DNA of 64,000 nt from Podarcis muralis (taxonomy: Eukaryota). Below are positions 23,613 through 37,303 of this stretch, in pieces. How positions within the stretch are numbered: position 1 is the stretch's first letter; each line of letters starts with the position of its first letter. Location: NCBI RefSeq assembly GCF_964188315.1, contig NC_135667.1, positions 26,784,001 to 26,848,000 on the forward strand, read 5' to 3'. The translations under genes and the position numbers were made by a program. Under the pieces are notes generated by a model that searched no databases, had not been told where the DNA came from, and saw only the letters and a program-made list of their open reading frames with translations.

Positions 23613-24569
23613 TCACTCATTGGAAAAAGAAATTGTCAGTTTCTTCCAAATTCGTCTTAGGGCTCTGTGAACTTCTTGGTTTCTCAAGCTGTAGATGAGA
23701 GGGTTGAGCAAAGGAGTCAAGACTGTATAGAAAATGGAGAAGACTTTATTGAGGTCTCTCAGGGTCGGGGTGTCCGGCAGCATGTAGACAATGATTAAAT
23801 CACTATAAAATAGGCAGACAACAATTAAATGAGAGGAGCAGGTTGAAAAGGCCTTTTTCCTTCCAGTGGTGGATGGGATCTTTAAGATGGTGGTGATGAT
23901 GCAAGCGTAAGACGTGAGAGTCAATAGAAACGGGATGACGACAAAAATGAAATTAAAGAAAAGGACGAGGAATTCAATCATGCTTGTGTCACTGCATGAC
24001 TTTTTTTCCAATGGGAAATAATCACATAAGTAATGATCTATGACACGGGGTTCGCAGAAGGATAGTTGAACCATGAAAATCAGCACAATGCTATTAGCCA
24101 TCAAACCATTTACCCATGCTCCCGCCATGAGCTGAAAACATAGTTTTCTATGCATAATAGTGGCATAGAGCAAAGGACTGCATATTGCCAGGTAGCGGTC
24201 ATAGGACATTACTGCCAAGAGAAACGTTTCTATCGCTACACAGCAGCCAAAGAAATAAAACTGGGCTATGCATCCACTAACAGAAATGTAACCGACACCA
24301 GTTAGTAAATCGGCCAACATTTTGGGCACGATGATTGAGCTATAGCAAGTCTCCAGGCAAGACAAATTCCCCAGGAAGAAGTACATGGGGGTGTGCAGGT
24401 GCTGATCTGCCCAAACCAGGAAAAAGATCAGCAGGTTCCCAGCTGTTGTCGCAATATAAACCATCAGGAAGAGCAAGAAAAGAAAAGGCTGCAGCTCAGG
24501 GAGATTCCCAAATCCCAAGAGGATGAATTCCGTGATGACTGTTTGGTTTCCTTCTTTTATATCCAACAT
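23613..24569 (-). CDS. Olfactory receptor OR-A copy 2
   Basis: Intact ORF with OR motifs; likely ATG ([10 protein letters not shown]) at 24569. Confidence 0.93.
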   Translation of the reverse strand: MLDIKEGNQTVITEFILLGFGNLPELQPFLFLLFLMVYIATTAGNLLIFFLVWADQHLHTPMYFFLGNLSCLETCYSSIIVPKMLADLLTGVGYISVSGCIAQFYFFGCCVAIETFLLAVMSYDRYLAICSPLLYATIMHRKLCFQLMAGAWVNGLMANSIVLIFMVQLSFCEPRVIDHYLCDYFPLEKKSCSDTSMIEFLVLFFNFIFVVIPFLLTLTSYACIITTILKIPSTTGRKKAFSTCSSHLIVVCLFYSDLIIVYMLPDTPTLRDLNKVFSIFYTVLTPLLNPLIYSLRNQEVHRALRRIWKKLTISFSNE

Positions 24570-26539
24570 TGTCTTTTTATCCAACAAATGTCACACCAAC
24601 TTTAAAATCTAACCGGGAGGACATACGTTTTAGTGAAGGAGAAATATCAAGAACATTTTGTACATGAGCTCCTATTGTAACTGTGCAGTGTATTTTGAGT
24701 TAGGTTAGTCAATTTTGTTCCCTGCACTAGGAATGAAGCTATGGAATGTGATTGGTCTGAAGGTCACAACTTAGTTTAAATATGAAAGACCTGCAGTTGA
24801 AATCAGCAATTGAAAGTGCCAGCATCCTGAGCTTGTTCCCTAGGCAAGGAGAAGGGCATTTATATCTACAACAAACTGTTGCAGTGTGGAATTCTCCTGT
24901 TCCATGTTCTACCCGGCCATGCCATGCCTCATTTCAGGATACTCAATTCCCTCCCCATGGTTTCCCATTCACCATCACCAATAGGCAGTCAGCATTCTAA
25001 GGCCACTGAATGAGTCCGGTCAAATATAAGGAGAGAATATATTTATTTACCCTTATTATCAGGTTAAAGTACATTCCAAGGTGTCATAAAATGAAGTCAG
25101 TGACTTCGAACTAAATTTAAGGATTATATTCTGTCTTACTCAGAGCAGACCCAGGGAAACCATGGACTTGGTTGTGCCCATTCCAACGGCTCTACTGAGG
25201 GAATGATTTAGTTGGATATATTTCAATATTACTGGGACTCCATTCCCATATAAATCATTGGGTCTTAGTTAAATCATGATTGTGTTTTTCATGGATTTCA
25301 AAGAGCAACTTAGTCTAGAATAGATACAATCCATTATGATGAAAAAAATAACATTAAAGAGCAGGATGTTCATGATAAATCATCATTCATGCTCTCTATA
25401 TGATGACATGGTATATTTTTTCAAAAAATAAGCTCAGCCTCTTTAATTGGGATAAAAAGGGAGGAGAGCAACACAGTAAACTACATTAGCTTGAGAGCAT
25501 AGTCTTCACTTTTTTTATTTTTACTGACAGTCAAATTAACAATCATTGAATTAATGAATTTGTTTCACTTAAAGTTAAAGAGGGCATTGAAAGATGGTAC
25601 AATGCTGCCAAGAATAGCAGTGTTCTAGAACTTACCTGTAGTAAGTCACTGTCACAATCACAGGTGTCCCAGGATTCATTAGCACCATTTCTCCAAATCC
25701 TTTATAAAGAAACTGACATCTTCTCACCTATGGTGAATGAGTATTCGTAATATAGCTTCCCATAAGCACTTAATGGAAATGATCCTGGGAGAGTGGCTGC
25801 TAATTTGCTGGCTTTCTGAACTGTATGAATGATGCAACCAGCCTCCTAAACCCCAGAGAGATACCTAGGTTATTTAAAGTTCCATGGGATTTCTACATTG
25901 CCCAAAGCCTAGTACTTCTGAGGGCTAGGTTTTAAATCTCCAGGTAATTAATTCTTGTAGTTCAAAATGTCTGATTTATACAGAGATTATAATGTATGAA
26001 CTGGGGTGAATATTGCAAAAAGGATCCCTCAGAGATGGGTGTGTCCCCAGCTTAATACAGAGGCCCCAATTGGAACACAGTGCTCCTTGAGGAGAAGCAC
26101 CTCACACTGGAGTTTACACCACTAGACCCACAACCAACCACTCCCACTTCCACTTGTACCTTTTGTCTCCCTTTCAGAAATGGGGGGAAATGTATTTTGA
26201 GGGAAAGTATAGCAAGTGGCAAATGGAATATATTTTTCCTATTAAACTGTATAAATGGGCCACACAATAGCGTTTCACCTCCAACCCTAAACAAGATTTG
26301 ACTGGATATGCAAATACAGAAAATGGTTTTAGTTAGAAATATTCATGTATGGGATCTTAATATTTATACTGAGCGGAATATGTTTTTGGCATTATTATTG
26401 TTTCTTACGTAGGCATGGATAGACCCCCTGAACTCTGGTCCATCCCTGTTTTCAGAGAGGATGGGACTAAGAAAAATATATCTGCCACCATTGTTTACAT
26501 GGGGCAGCCATGTTTTCGCCACACAATTCCCCCTGAGAG

Positions 26540-26708
26540 CAGTGGCGTAGCGTGGGTTGTCAGCACCCGGGGCAAGGCAAGTAATTTGCACCCCCTAACC
26601 CGTGGATTTGCGCCCCCTAACCCGTGGATTTGCGCCCCCTAACCCTAACCCCCAGATGTTGCGCCCGGTGCGGCTGCCCCCCCCTGCACCCCCCACGCTA
26701 CGCCACTG
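26540..26708. mobile_element. hAT MITE with a telomere-like internal repeat
   Basis: TIR cagtggcgtagcgtggg and 8-bp TSD cctgagag; empty site at 13058-13065. Confidence 0.93.
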
Positions 26709-26960
26709 CCTGAGAGTGACATAATGTCATCAAGTCTCCTCGCTCTCAGGGTGATTGCTCTATGAGTAAGTGTGTGACAGCAAGGACCACCACGTGATGG
26801 CTGCCCAGATAGATCTGTGGACAGACAGATATCCTAATTTAAAAGTGTTAAAGGGGAAAGGGGATAAGGATGAAGGCAGTGAGAAAACCACTGAGCCACC
26901 TGGTAAAGTCATCCACTATTCCACAGATTCTGAATAGCCCATTGATCTGTTCCATATTGT

Positions 26961-27080
26961 GATCCATCCTCTTTGGATCAGCTGTGTCTCCTTTGAATTT
27001 GAGAAAGGTTGATTTGAGAAAGGAGGAATCAACCTTTCTCAAATTCAAAGGAGACACAGCTGATCCAAAGAGGATGGATC
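26961..27080. repeat. Second copy of the 54-bp-arm inverted repeat
   Basis: Identical to 13314-13433. Confidence 0.95.
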
Positions 27081-28438
27081 CCTCTTCTTATCTGCTCCTA
27101 CTTATTAGAATTGTTATAATGTTTTGGGAGGGATTGTTTAAAGCTCAGATAAATGTTTTTAAATGTATTGTCATGCAGTTTGGGAAGAAAGTCAACACAT
27201 TGGGAAGAAACTGGGAAAGAAAGCCACACAATGTACACTATGAGAGCATACAGTGTAGGAAAGTGCTGGGGAACTTCATGTCTAGGAGCCAAATGGGTCC
27301 CTCCAAGTTTCTCTGTTTGGATCTTGGGACTCCCCAAACACCACAACACTTCATTGGCCGCACACATCTCTTTCCAGGCCACCTTCCTCCCACTGACCCT
27401 GCTTAGAAACCTCAGTGAGTGTTTTCAGATGACTGGAATGTGCCCTTGAGCTCTGATAATCCCGTTTGTTTTCATGGATGAAGCAAAAAGAGGTCTGTGT
27501 CTGTCAGGATGCTGTCATCCTGGTTGCCCAGGAAAGTATAAAGACAAGGAAAAGTTTCTTACAGTCCTTTTTTATTTTAAAAAAATCTACAGAGAGAGGC
27601 TATAGAACCCAGACTCTGGGATAATGCCATTGTTCTGAGTGAATCTCCACATACCCCGTCTCTCCCACTTCCTCATTTGTCGTCATTATCTCCTCCTTTA
27701 CAGGTGCCGCTAAGTGCCCTCAGTCTTTGACCTCTTTGATTTCCTACTTTTAAGGCTCGTCATGTTCTGGAAGATGGTGGGTCTAGAATTTTTTCTAATG
27801 ACAACATGTCGGTCAGCTATTATTTCTCAACTTTCCCATCTACCTTTGAGCTGTAACCTCCTGCAAACCCCTGTTGTAACTCTATACTGCCTTCCTCTTC
27901 CAGTGTGTAGAAATAAACCTACTGAGGAAAGTAAAAAATTATATTGATTGCATGGCCCATTTTTACTACTGCCCTTCCCCGGATTGAACTTTGCTCAGAA
28001 GGAAAGAGGCCATCGGTCTGAAAATGTTCCCCACTCCTGACATAAAGAAAACATGCAATTGCATTAGTTGTAATAAACTAAGACACATTTCTTAAGGACC
28101 TAGATTTTTATTTATTTTTTAAAAAAATTCCAAAAGTATTTTTCTGAGCAGTCCCAACAGACAGTCAAGATGCAGAAATAAGCAGCTTTCTTGACCAAAG
28201 TGCTTCAGAGATTTTAGTGGGAGAATCTATTTTACCACATGAATTATCTTTATTATTTATACCACCCATGATGGGCTGGTCTAGAAATGCTTAATAAATA
28301 TTTTACATCATAATCCCCCCACACCCACTAAGTGAGCCGTACTGCTGAAACTACTCCAGAGATCTGCATCTAAGCAGAGACGTATGTGAGGAATATTACC
28401 AATAAATAAATGGTGCTGTGAAATTTGCAGCCCATCTT

Positions 28439-29401
28439 CTAAATTCCTGTATGAATTGCAAATTTCATAGAACCCTTTTTAAGGGCCCCCTTGACATCAT
28501 TGTTTCTTAAGCTATATACGATGGGGTTGAGAAGGGGAGTCAATATGGTGTACAGGAGAGAAAAAACTTTGTTCAAGTCTCTCAGGATGCTTGTCTTGGG
28601 TACAATGTAGACTATAATCAGTGTCCCATAGAAAACTGTCACCATTATCAGGTGAGAGGAGCAAGTAGAGAAAGCCTTCTGCCTGCTGGAATGTGAAGAG
28701 ATCTTCAGGATGGAGGTGATGATGCAAACATAGGATGCCAGGGTCAACAGGAAAGGAGGAAAGGCACACAGTGATGACAATATTAAAATTGAGGTGTCTA
28801 TTGTATGTGTATTACTGCATGACAAGTCAATGACTGGGCCAATATCACAAAAGAAGTGGTCAATCTCATTAGGGCCACAAAAGACTAACTGGGACATGAG
28901 AGATGTGGTTATGGTAGCAGCTAAGCCCCCACTCACCCAGGAACCAGCAGCCAGATGAAGACACAATCTGTCTGTCATTTGGATAGCATAATGCAATGGC
29001 TTGCATATGGCTAAGTAACGATCAAAGGACATTGCAGCTAGGAGGAAGCACTCTGTAGTAACAAGTATGCCAAAAATGTAAAACTGTGTGACACAAGCAG
29101 TGAATGAAATGGACCTGTCCCCTGTAAAGAGACTATAGAGCATCCTGGGCAGAATGGTGGAGCTGTAGAAGGTCTCCAAGCAAGACAAGTTCCCTAGGAA
29201 GTAATACATGGGTGTGTGAAGGTGCTGGTCAGACACAACAAGCAGAAGGATGATAAGGTTCCCAGAGATGGTCACAATGTAAATCGCCAAAAACAGCAAC
29301 AGGAGAACAGTTTGCAGATTCTGACCACCCTCAAACCCCAGGAGAATGAATTCTGTGATCATGGTTTGATTTGCCCCATTTTGCACTTGCCAGGAGATCA
29401 T
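28439..29401 (-). CDS. Olfactory receptor OR-B copy 2
   Basis: Intact; 4 amino-acid differences from copy 1. Confidence 0.93.
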   Translation of the reverse strand: MISWQVQNGANQTMITEFILLGFEGGQNLQTVLLLLFLAIYIVTISGNLIILLLVVSDQHLHTPMYYFLGNLSCLETFYSSTILPRMLYSLFTGDRSISFTACVTQFYIFGILVTTECFLLAAMSFDRYLAICKPLHYAIQMTDRLCLHLAAGSWVSGGLAATITTSLMSQLVFCGPNEIDHFFCDIGPVIDLSCSNTHTIDTSILILSSLCAFPPFLLTLASYVCIITSILKISSHSSRQKAFSTCSSHLIMVTVFYGTLIIVYIVPKTSILRDLNKVFSLLYTILTPLLNPIVYSLRNNDVKGALKKGSMKFAIHTGI

Positions 29402-29797
29402 GTAGATAAGATTTGCACACTGGAAAACAAGAATGGAAGGATTTAATTTACGGCAGTGTTGAAGCAATCTTTGTAATATGTAATTCTAGGTTTGGAGTGT
29501 GAATTTTACAATGGTGAGGTGTTTGAACACTGTTCACTTTCTGCTAGCCAGATTTATCACCTAAATTCTGTAATCATGACATGATTGCTCCATTTTGCAC
29601 TTGCCAGCACGAAATGTAGATAAGATCTGAACACTGGAAAACAAAAAAAGAAAGGAGAAAAAGGGTAGAACTAAACTGAAAGCGTATTTGAAAGAAACTA
29701 GAAAATGTATAGGTGTGGCTCTCACAATGTGAATTTTGTAACTGGATATTTTTAGCCACACACTTGGCAGCAGCTCCTGCTGCTCCTGCTGCTTCTC

Positions 29798-29851
<54 letters not shown>

Positions 29852-29904
29852 CTCTGCTAGCAGAGGAGGGTGGGGGTTTGGGGGGGTAGTAAGATGGGCA
29901 CATG

Positions 29905-30261
29905 AGGGATGTGGGTGGCGCTTTGGGTTAAACCACAGAGCCTAGGACTTGCTGATCAGAAGGTCGGCGGTTCAAATCCCCGCGACGGGGTGAGCTCCCG
30001 TTGCTCGGTCCCAGCTCCTGCCAACCTAGCAGTTCGAAAGCACGTCAAAGTGCAAGTAGATAAGTAGGTACCGCTCCAGCGGGGAGGTAAACGGCGTTTC
30101 CGTGCGCTGCTCTGGTTCGCCAGAAGTGGCTTAGTCATGCCGGCCACATGACCCGGAAGCTGTACACCGGCTCCCTCAGCCAGCAAAGCGAGATGAGCGC
30201 TGCAACCCCAGAGTCGGTCATGACTGGACCTAATGGTCAGGGGTCCCTTTCCCTTTACCTT
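29905..30261 (+). mobile_element. Sauria SINE, duplicated copy
   Basis: Same element and TSD as 16254-16610. Confidence 0.92.
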
Positions 30262-33200
30262 TAAGAGGGGCACATATCATCCAGCACCACAGGATTACTC
30301 AAGACTTTGAGATTGTATTGCAGGGCAGATCTCAGTGGTTTTATTAAATTCTGAAGCTGAATTGATTTTGCACAGCAATATCAAAAAGCAACATCAATAA
30401 GCAATATCAAAAATATCCAGTGGTGATAAAATGTGGACCTCATCTTTTCCCATTCTGTAAATATGTGAGAAAGGTTGCCTTACCTTTAAACGTGTCTACT
30501 GTAGAATGAGCAGTGTTGTGCATTCTCTCCGCAGCAATATCAGCGCCTGAAGGTTCAAAACATCCTTTGACATCTTTAACTCCAGTACCTGTCTTCAGGC
30601 TGATACTAACAACAATGCAGGGAATCAATCTGAACACTTCTAGATCATGATGTCCCAAAGGCATCGCTCTTATTTGCCATTGATCCTAGAGGGGTGCTTA
30701 GCACTCCTCTTTGGGTTATTTACTCCTTTTATCCTGGAGGAATGTGTAATCTCCCTTGGCATTTGTTCACAGCAAGAATGTCAACTACTTTAAACTGCCA
30801 GAAAATTAATTCTGCTTTCAGCATGCAGTAAAATTTAAGGTCAGGCAGAGCCATCAAAATAATATTGTTTTCCTTTTGTTTTGCTACTGTGATTAACTGT
30901 ACAGGAAGAAACTCGTTGAAGTTCATGGGGCATGAACTAGTCAAGCCAAAACACTTTCAACTTCCATTTGCTTCCAGAGGGAGAGCTAGGCACTTGCTAG
31001 CATTGCTCCCATTGAAAAAGAAAGAGGCTGGGAACTATTTAACTTGGACTGCTTTGTCTATATATTAGTAACAGGCAGTCCTGGACTACACACACTGAGG
31101 GAATGATTCAGTCCCACAGAAGCACTGTTATAAGGTATGCATCTGAACCCATATGTGTGTCCACCACTTACATGTGTTCTATGCATATTCCTGAGAGGAT
31201 TCGAAACTTTTGCCATAGTCAATATGTGCATGTGTTATGAATGTATCTCTACTGTTAACCCATATACCTAATAAAAATGTTCACAAACAAGAGCATTAAA
31301 GAAGAATTGGTTTATGACATGAAATGAAAGACAGAGTATACAGATGCTCTTTCGGACAGCAAGGTTACAGGTGGACAGCGGTGTATATACATTGGTACCT
31401 CGGGTTACAGACACTTCAGGTTACAGACGCTTCAGGTTACAGACTCCACTAACCCAGAAATAGTACCTTGAATTAAGAACTTTGCTTCAGGATGAGAACA
31501 CAAATCGCACGGTGGTGGCGTAGAGGCAGCGGGAGGCCCCATTAGCTAAAGTGGTACCTCAGGTTAAGAACGGTTTCATGTTAAGAACAGACCTCCAGAA
31601 AGAATTAAGTTCTTAACCCGAGGTACCACTGTACCTTAGAATTGAAGGGTAAAAGAGATTCTCTAATTACCCAAGCTTGAACTGTGAACACAACCATTTG
31701 CCATAGACACATACTAATCAGAAAGAGAAAAAGAGTTAATATACCTGATCTAGCTGTAAGTAGATCATTGGGTCAGGTATAGAAGATGTGTTCCTTCTGT
31801 TTGAAAATTAAGATTTGCCCTTAAAATCTTATATCACCGTGACTACAGTGTGTGCCACTCATTCCTTGGTCCATATTCTAGCAAAGCTAAAGAGTTCAAC
31901 CTTGAGATCAGAGAGTGAAAAGGGAGTTCTAGTGGAGCTCTGAGCTTCCCAACGATTGAAAATCTGGGGCATGAACACTATTTTGAACCCGTGTAAATCT
32001 CAGAAAAGGAGGTGGAGCTTCCTGGTTGAGTTAATATTGCAGTATCGTCATTCCTTGGAATCATTGCTTCTTTCTTGCAAGTTCCTGTCTGTTTACCACT
32101 TTGTTTATTCTGGTTGAAGTTGAAGGGACATGGTCCTAGTTAGAAATGACTAATTGGTTATCTGTGGTTTTTCTTGAATAATGAATTTATTAATATAAGA
32201 CGATTTCATCATCTAGGCAGAATTCTATTCCTTTTTACATGAAGTGATGATTAAACTTAGTTGGATAGTAACACAGGATCAGGGTGCTGACCTTTAATTT
32301 AATATTAAGAGTTCCAGATATATGCTTGTACTGTCCGGGATATGTATAAAGCAAGGTCTGTTACCAGGGTCAAAGACAGCCCATTAAGAGGCATATTTCA
32401 TATTCAGGTAATGCCAACTGCACTGATGCCCTGCTCCTCAGTTATAATCCAGATTCACCCAGCATTACAGCACTATTAAGGATCATGACACAGGACAGGT
32501 GCAATCCTGCTTCTACCTCTTCCCCATCCCCACTTCTGTGCCTAACAGTAAGTTGGGAGAGGGGAATTTAAAGAGGGTTTCAGATAATGTTTTTGGCATG
32601 TGGCCAAAGTGCGAAGAGAAAGTGGACAGCCCCCCCCCCCCCCCGAGCTGAAAGACCCACCCTATCATCTGGTCCAAAAACAGGTTCCTAGAGCTCAGTA
32701 GGCATAAGCTCACCACCCTGCTTCGATTAGTAGTATTAGTACTACTACACCTGCTTTTGAATTATGGTGCTGGAGGAGACTCTTGAGAGTCCCATGGACT
32801 GCAAGAAGATCAAACCTATCCATTCTGAAGGAAATCAGCCCTGAGTGCTCACTGGAAGGACAGATCCTGAAACTGAGGCTCCAATACTTTGACCACCTCA
32901 TGAGAAGGGAAGACTCCCTGGGAAAGACCCTGGTGTTGGGAAAGATTGAGGGCACAAGGAGAAGGGGACGACAGAGGACGAGATGGTTGGACAGTGTTCT
33001 CAAAGCTACCAGCATGAGTTTGACAAAACTGCGGGAGGCAGTGGAAGGCAGGAGTGCCTGGCGTGCTCTGGTCCAGGGGGTCACGAAAAGTCGGACACTA
33101 CTAAACGACTAAACAACAAGAACTACTACACCACATTATACTCATTTCTGATTTGTATAAACTCATTTGTTTATTGTGGCAGCCCCTGCACTTTAGAACT

Positions 33201-36139
33201 CCCTGTCTGTTGAGATCAAGCAGGTGCTTTCTGTGTACTCCTTTCAGTACCTGTTAAAAACATTCTTATTTAGACAAGCCTACCCAGATGCTTAGAAAAT
33301 TGAGGTCATTTGAATCTGTTTTAGTATTTTTATTTTTGTGTGTTTAAGGTTGCAAATTTTTCTCAAGTTTATTGTTTGATTATTTTTTGAATCTGCTTTG
33401 AAGTTTTTAATAATCAAGTGGCATATACATTTTATGAAATAAAAAAATTAAAAGAAATAATTGAGATACTTAATTGTGCAGATCCCTGATATACATATAT
33501 AATAGCTCCTTTCAGATGTGGCACTGAATGCATGGACATCATGGAGTCATGGTTGGTAGGGATATTCCTCAGGCCCAACAGCCCAACAAGTTGGGAATTT
33601 ATCCTTGCCCTGCACCCCGGGCCAAGCAACGATATTGGTCAGTTGGTCCCGCGCTAAGGTAATGCCCTCTAATTCCTGCCACCATTGGCCAATTTGGTGG
33701 CAGGAGGACAATCAGAGAGGAGACCCAGGGCCCACCCACAAAGCATCCTTAATGATGCATCAGTGAAATGGGTACCTTCATTTGTACGAGGAATTAAAGG
33801 GAGCGGAAAGCAATGTGAGAACATGTTTTCCTCTGCTGCAGACTATAGGGACAAAACAATGTAAGATACAGTGGTACCTCGGGTTAAGTACTTAATTCGT
33901 TCTGGAGGTCCGTTCTTAACCTGAAACTGTTCTTAACCTGAAGCACCACTTTAGCTAATGGGGCCTCCCGCTGCTGCTGCAGCGCCACCGCTGTGCGATT
34001 TCTGTTCTCATCCTGAAGCAAAACCCGAGGTACTATTTCTGGGTTAGCGGAGTCTGTAACCTGAAGCGTATGTAACCCGAGGTACCACTGTAATGGAGTA
34101 ATTAAACCATCCTCATCAAGGGTTTCATAAGCTGGGCCAACTCATTCCCTCCCCAAATTTTCCCCAAAGGATTATCATGCTGAGATGGAAAGAAGCTAAA
34201 GTCCCAACCAGAGACGAATGACTGAAAAAGATGATGGACTATGCCAAAATGGCGAAAATGACTGGGGAAATTGGAAACCAGGAAGAAAGAAACTTTAATA
34301 AGGAATAGGAGAAATTTACAAATTATCTAAGAAAATATTGTAAACAACTAAAAACTTTGGCAGGATTTGAGTAACACTTGTAATGTACTATAAACTAAGA
34401 TGAAAATGGATTATTTTAAGAAAAATGGGGAAAATATATGATGCAGTTGAAAAAGAAAGGAAATGGAAACCATGGAAGGCTGGAGGGAAGTCCAAGGATT
34501 TAGGGAATCCTAAATGTCGATGATCATGTCCATTGTTTGAATTTAAATGTGTAGTGTAAAGCTGAATTAAAAAGTATTTAAAAAAACCTCTAAAGGTCAT
34601 CATCCTTATGGAAACTTTGAACCTACCCTGAGCCCCATTGATACCTCCCTCCTGTATGTGTATGGCTGATTTGCTTACATTAGCAACAACACTTACAACC
34701 TGAGCATTGGATATAGAAGGAATGGCATAGCACTCATCACAACACTGCTTTTGAAAATGAATGCTTGCCACAAAGGCTGCTCCATTGCAGCAAATGGGGC
34801 ATTGCCCCACCAACCTCATTCTTCCCTCAACCAGCCCCCAACTGCCTGCCTTCTTGCACCTAGTCCAGGGGATGGCACTGCTTATGGCAGCTTCCTTCTC
34901 CTTATTATCAGTCTTCCCAGTTGTAGAACATAACATGGAGGCGGATGGGGACCACAGCAGAATTGACTAGCTCTGCTCATCATTGGCTTTGGCTCCACCT
35001 CCTGTTGGGATCTCTTCCCCATGAGTTCCAAAAGTCCTTGATCTCCGATAATCCCTTTTGTGTTCATGGATGAAGCAAAGCAAGTTCTGTGTGTAAAATT
35101 TAACCTACTGCAGAAAGTAAAAAAAAAGTATTGATTGCTTGGCCCACTTTTTCTACTGCCCTTCCCCAGGCTGAAGTTTACTCAGAAAGAGAGTGGCCAT
35201 CAAGCGGATAACGTTTCCCACCCCTGACACAAAGAAAGCATGCAATTGCATTAGTTGTAATAAACTAAGGCACATTTCTTAAGGACCTAGATTTTGATAA
35301 AAAATGTATCCAAAAGACAGCCCATTGGGGGGCATATTTAATATTCAGGTAATTCCAACTACACTGATGCCCTGATCCACAGTTTTTTATATATATATAA
35401 TTTCCAAAAAATATATATTGCTTTTCCAAACATTTTAAACAGACAAACAAACAAACATAGATCTCAGCTGTATTGATCCAATCTTAGTAACATTGTTAAG
35501 TGACTTCCTCAAATCCCCCTGGCTGAGTTTCAGTGTATATCATTGTAACAGTTTTCCAAAACCTATTTCCTCATAAAATAAACTTAATCACTTAACATCT
35601 TTCTTTCTTTTCATTTTATCTTTAAACATATTATTCTCTAACATCACGTATTTAAATCCTAAGTAAGCCTATCTGATATTTGCAAGTTTTTTCCAATTAC
35701 ATTATCTTAGCGTATTTAAGTAAATAGTCTTTGAATTTCATCCATTCCTCCTGGTACTCCTCCTCCTTCTGGTTGCGGACTCTTCCAGCCAGGGGGACAA
35801 GCTCTGGAAAGTCCATAATCTTCATTGATCCACAGTTATAATCCAGATTCACACCCAGCATTACAGCACTATTGAGGATCATGACACAGGACAGGTGTGA
35901 TCCTACTTCCACCTCTTCCCCATCCCCGCTTCTGTGCCTAACAGTAAGTTGGGAGATGGGAATTTAAAGAGGGTCTCAGATAATGTTTTTGGCATGTGGC
36001 CAAGGTGTGAAGAGAAAGTGGACCCCCCTGAGCTGACAGACCCACCCTATCATCTGGTCCAGAAACGGGTCCCTAGAACTCAGTAGGCATAAGCTCACCA
36101 CAATGCTTTGATTAGTGGAATTAGTACACCAAGAAAGAA

Positions 36140-36163
36140 CTAAACAACTGTTCCATTTCCCAT
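36140..36163 (-). pseudogene. OR-C 5' stub (MGNGTVV*), second copy
   Basis: Same sequence as 22450-22473. Confidence 0.8.
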
Positions 36164-37303
36164 GTCTGACATGACTCCAGTGCTATTGGGAAGAAGAGAG
36201 AATTTCATTTATTGGTTTATAGTCTTGTTAAAATATCAACAAAACATGAGATCACCATAACCTTTGCAAACACAGCACACGAGTACAATTTTGAAAGGTT
36301 GACAAAGCACATAATATGGATAATTACAAGGAGCGTTTGTTTCTTTTTGCATTGTCCACTTGGGGACATTTTGAAGATTAGAATATATAAACCCATGCCA
36401 TTAAAAAGAGAGAGAATATTACAGAGACTCATCAGCACTTCTTCTAAAACTTCCTTGGTGAAAAGCCAGTGTTGTAGAGTGGTTAGAGCAGACCTCCCTG
36501 ACCTGGTTCCATGAAGAGGATTTGGACTGCAATTCCCATCAGCCCCGGCCAATACAGTGCTCCAGTTGGAGTGGGTTTAGAGCATGATGCTTACACTGCG
36601 GATACCTGGATTTAAATTCCCACTCAATCCTAAAGTTCAGCAGATGACTTTAAAATGGGAGACCTCCCAGCAGAAAGAAAAAACACTGCATGGGTGATTT
36701 ATATACCTGATGGGGAACTGTTACACTTTTCCTAAGTGCCTGGGAGTCTGTCCCTTTTTTCTTCTTGTGACTAGTGACTTCCCATACGCTGTTATCTAAG
36801 TGTGCCACTTACCCCAAGTCACACAGGAGCTCAAGAAACAGCAGAAATGGAAGGCCAGTTCTTGGAGGGAAATGAATATGACAAAAGTTATTGGCTTGTA
36901 TCCATCAGTTCTATTCAGAGTAAACCCATGGAAAGCTATGAATATGACTAACTGAGGTCCAAGAATTTCAATGGTTCTGTTCTGAGTAGAACTGCATCTA
37001 ACTGATTCAGCACATGAAGAAGACCAGAAAATATGGTGGTACACAGCCCTCCCAATCTTCCCTGTGCTTTCAATCCTTGGGGCTTCCAATTATGCCACCC
37101 CACCCTGGGCAAACCTGGAGACCATCACCATACCTCAATTCTATTCCTGAATTCGTTCACGGGCAGAATTTAAGGTAAAAAAAAATCCACCTCTAATCCC
37201 CCTAACATTCACTGTGAGAGGAAAGATCACAGTGGACCCAGGCTTTTGCAGACATGGATACTTGAACTACCTGATAAACTTAAAGAAAATAGAAGAGTTC
37301 AAA

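Larger units (their letters stand above)
12361..25823. repeat. Recent tandem segmental duplication, copy I
   Basis: Collinear with 25824-39510 at an offset of 13463-13691, sharing the same ORs and TEs. Confidence 0.92.

Noticed and set aside
26591-26652. Interstitial telomere or chromosome-fusion scar
   Set aside because: Only a few CCCTAA units are present, and they lie inside a TIR/TSD-bounded MITE.
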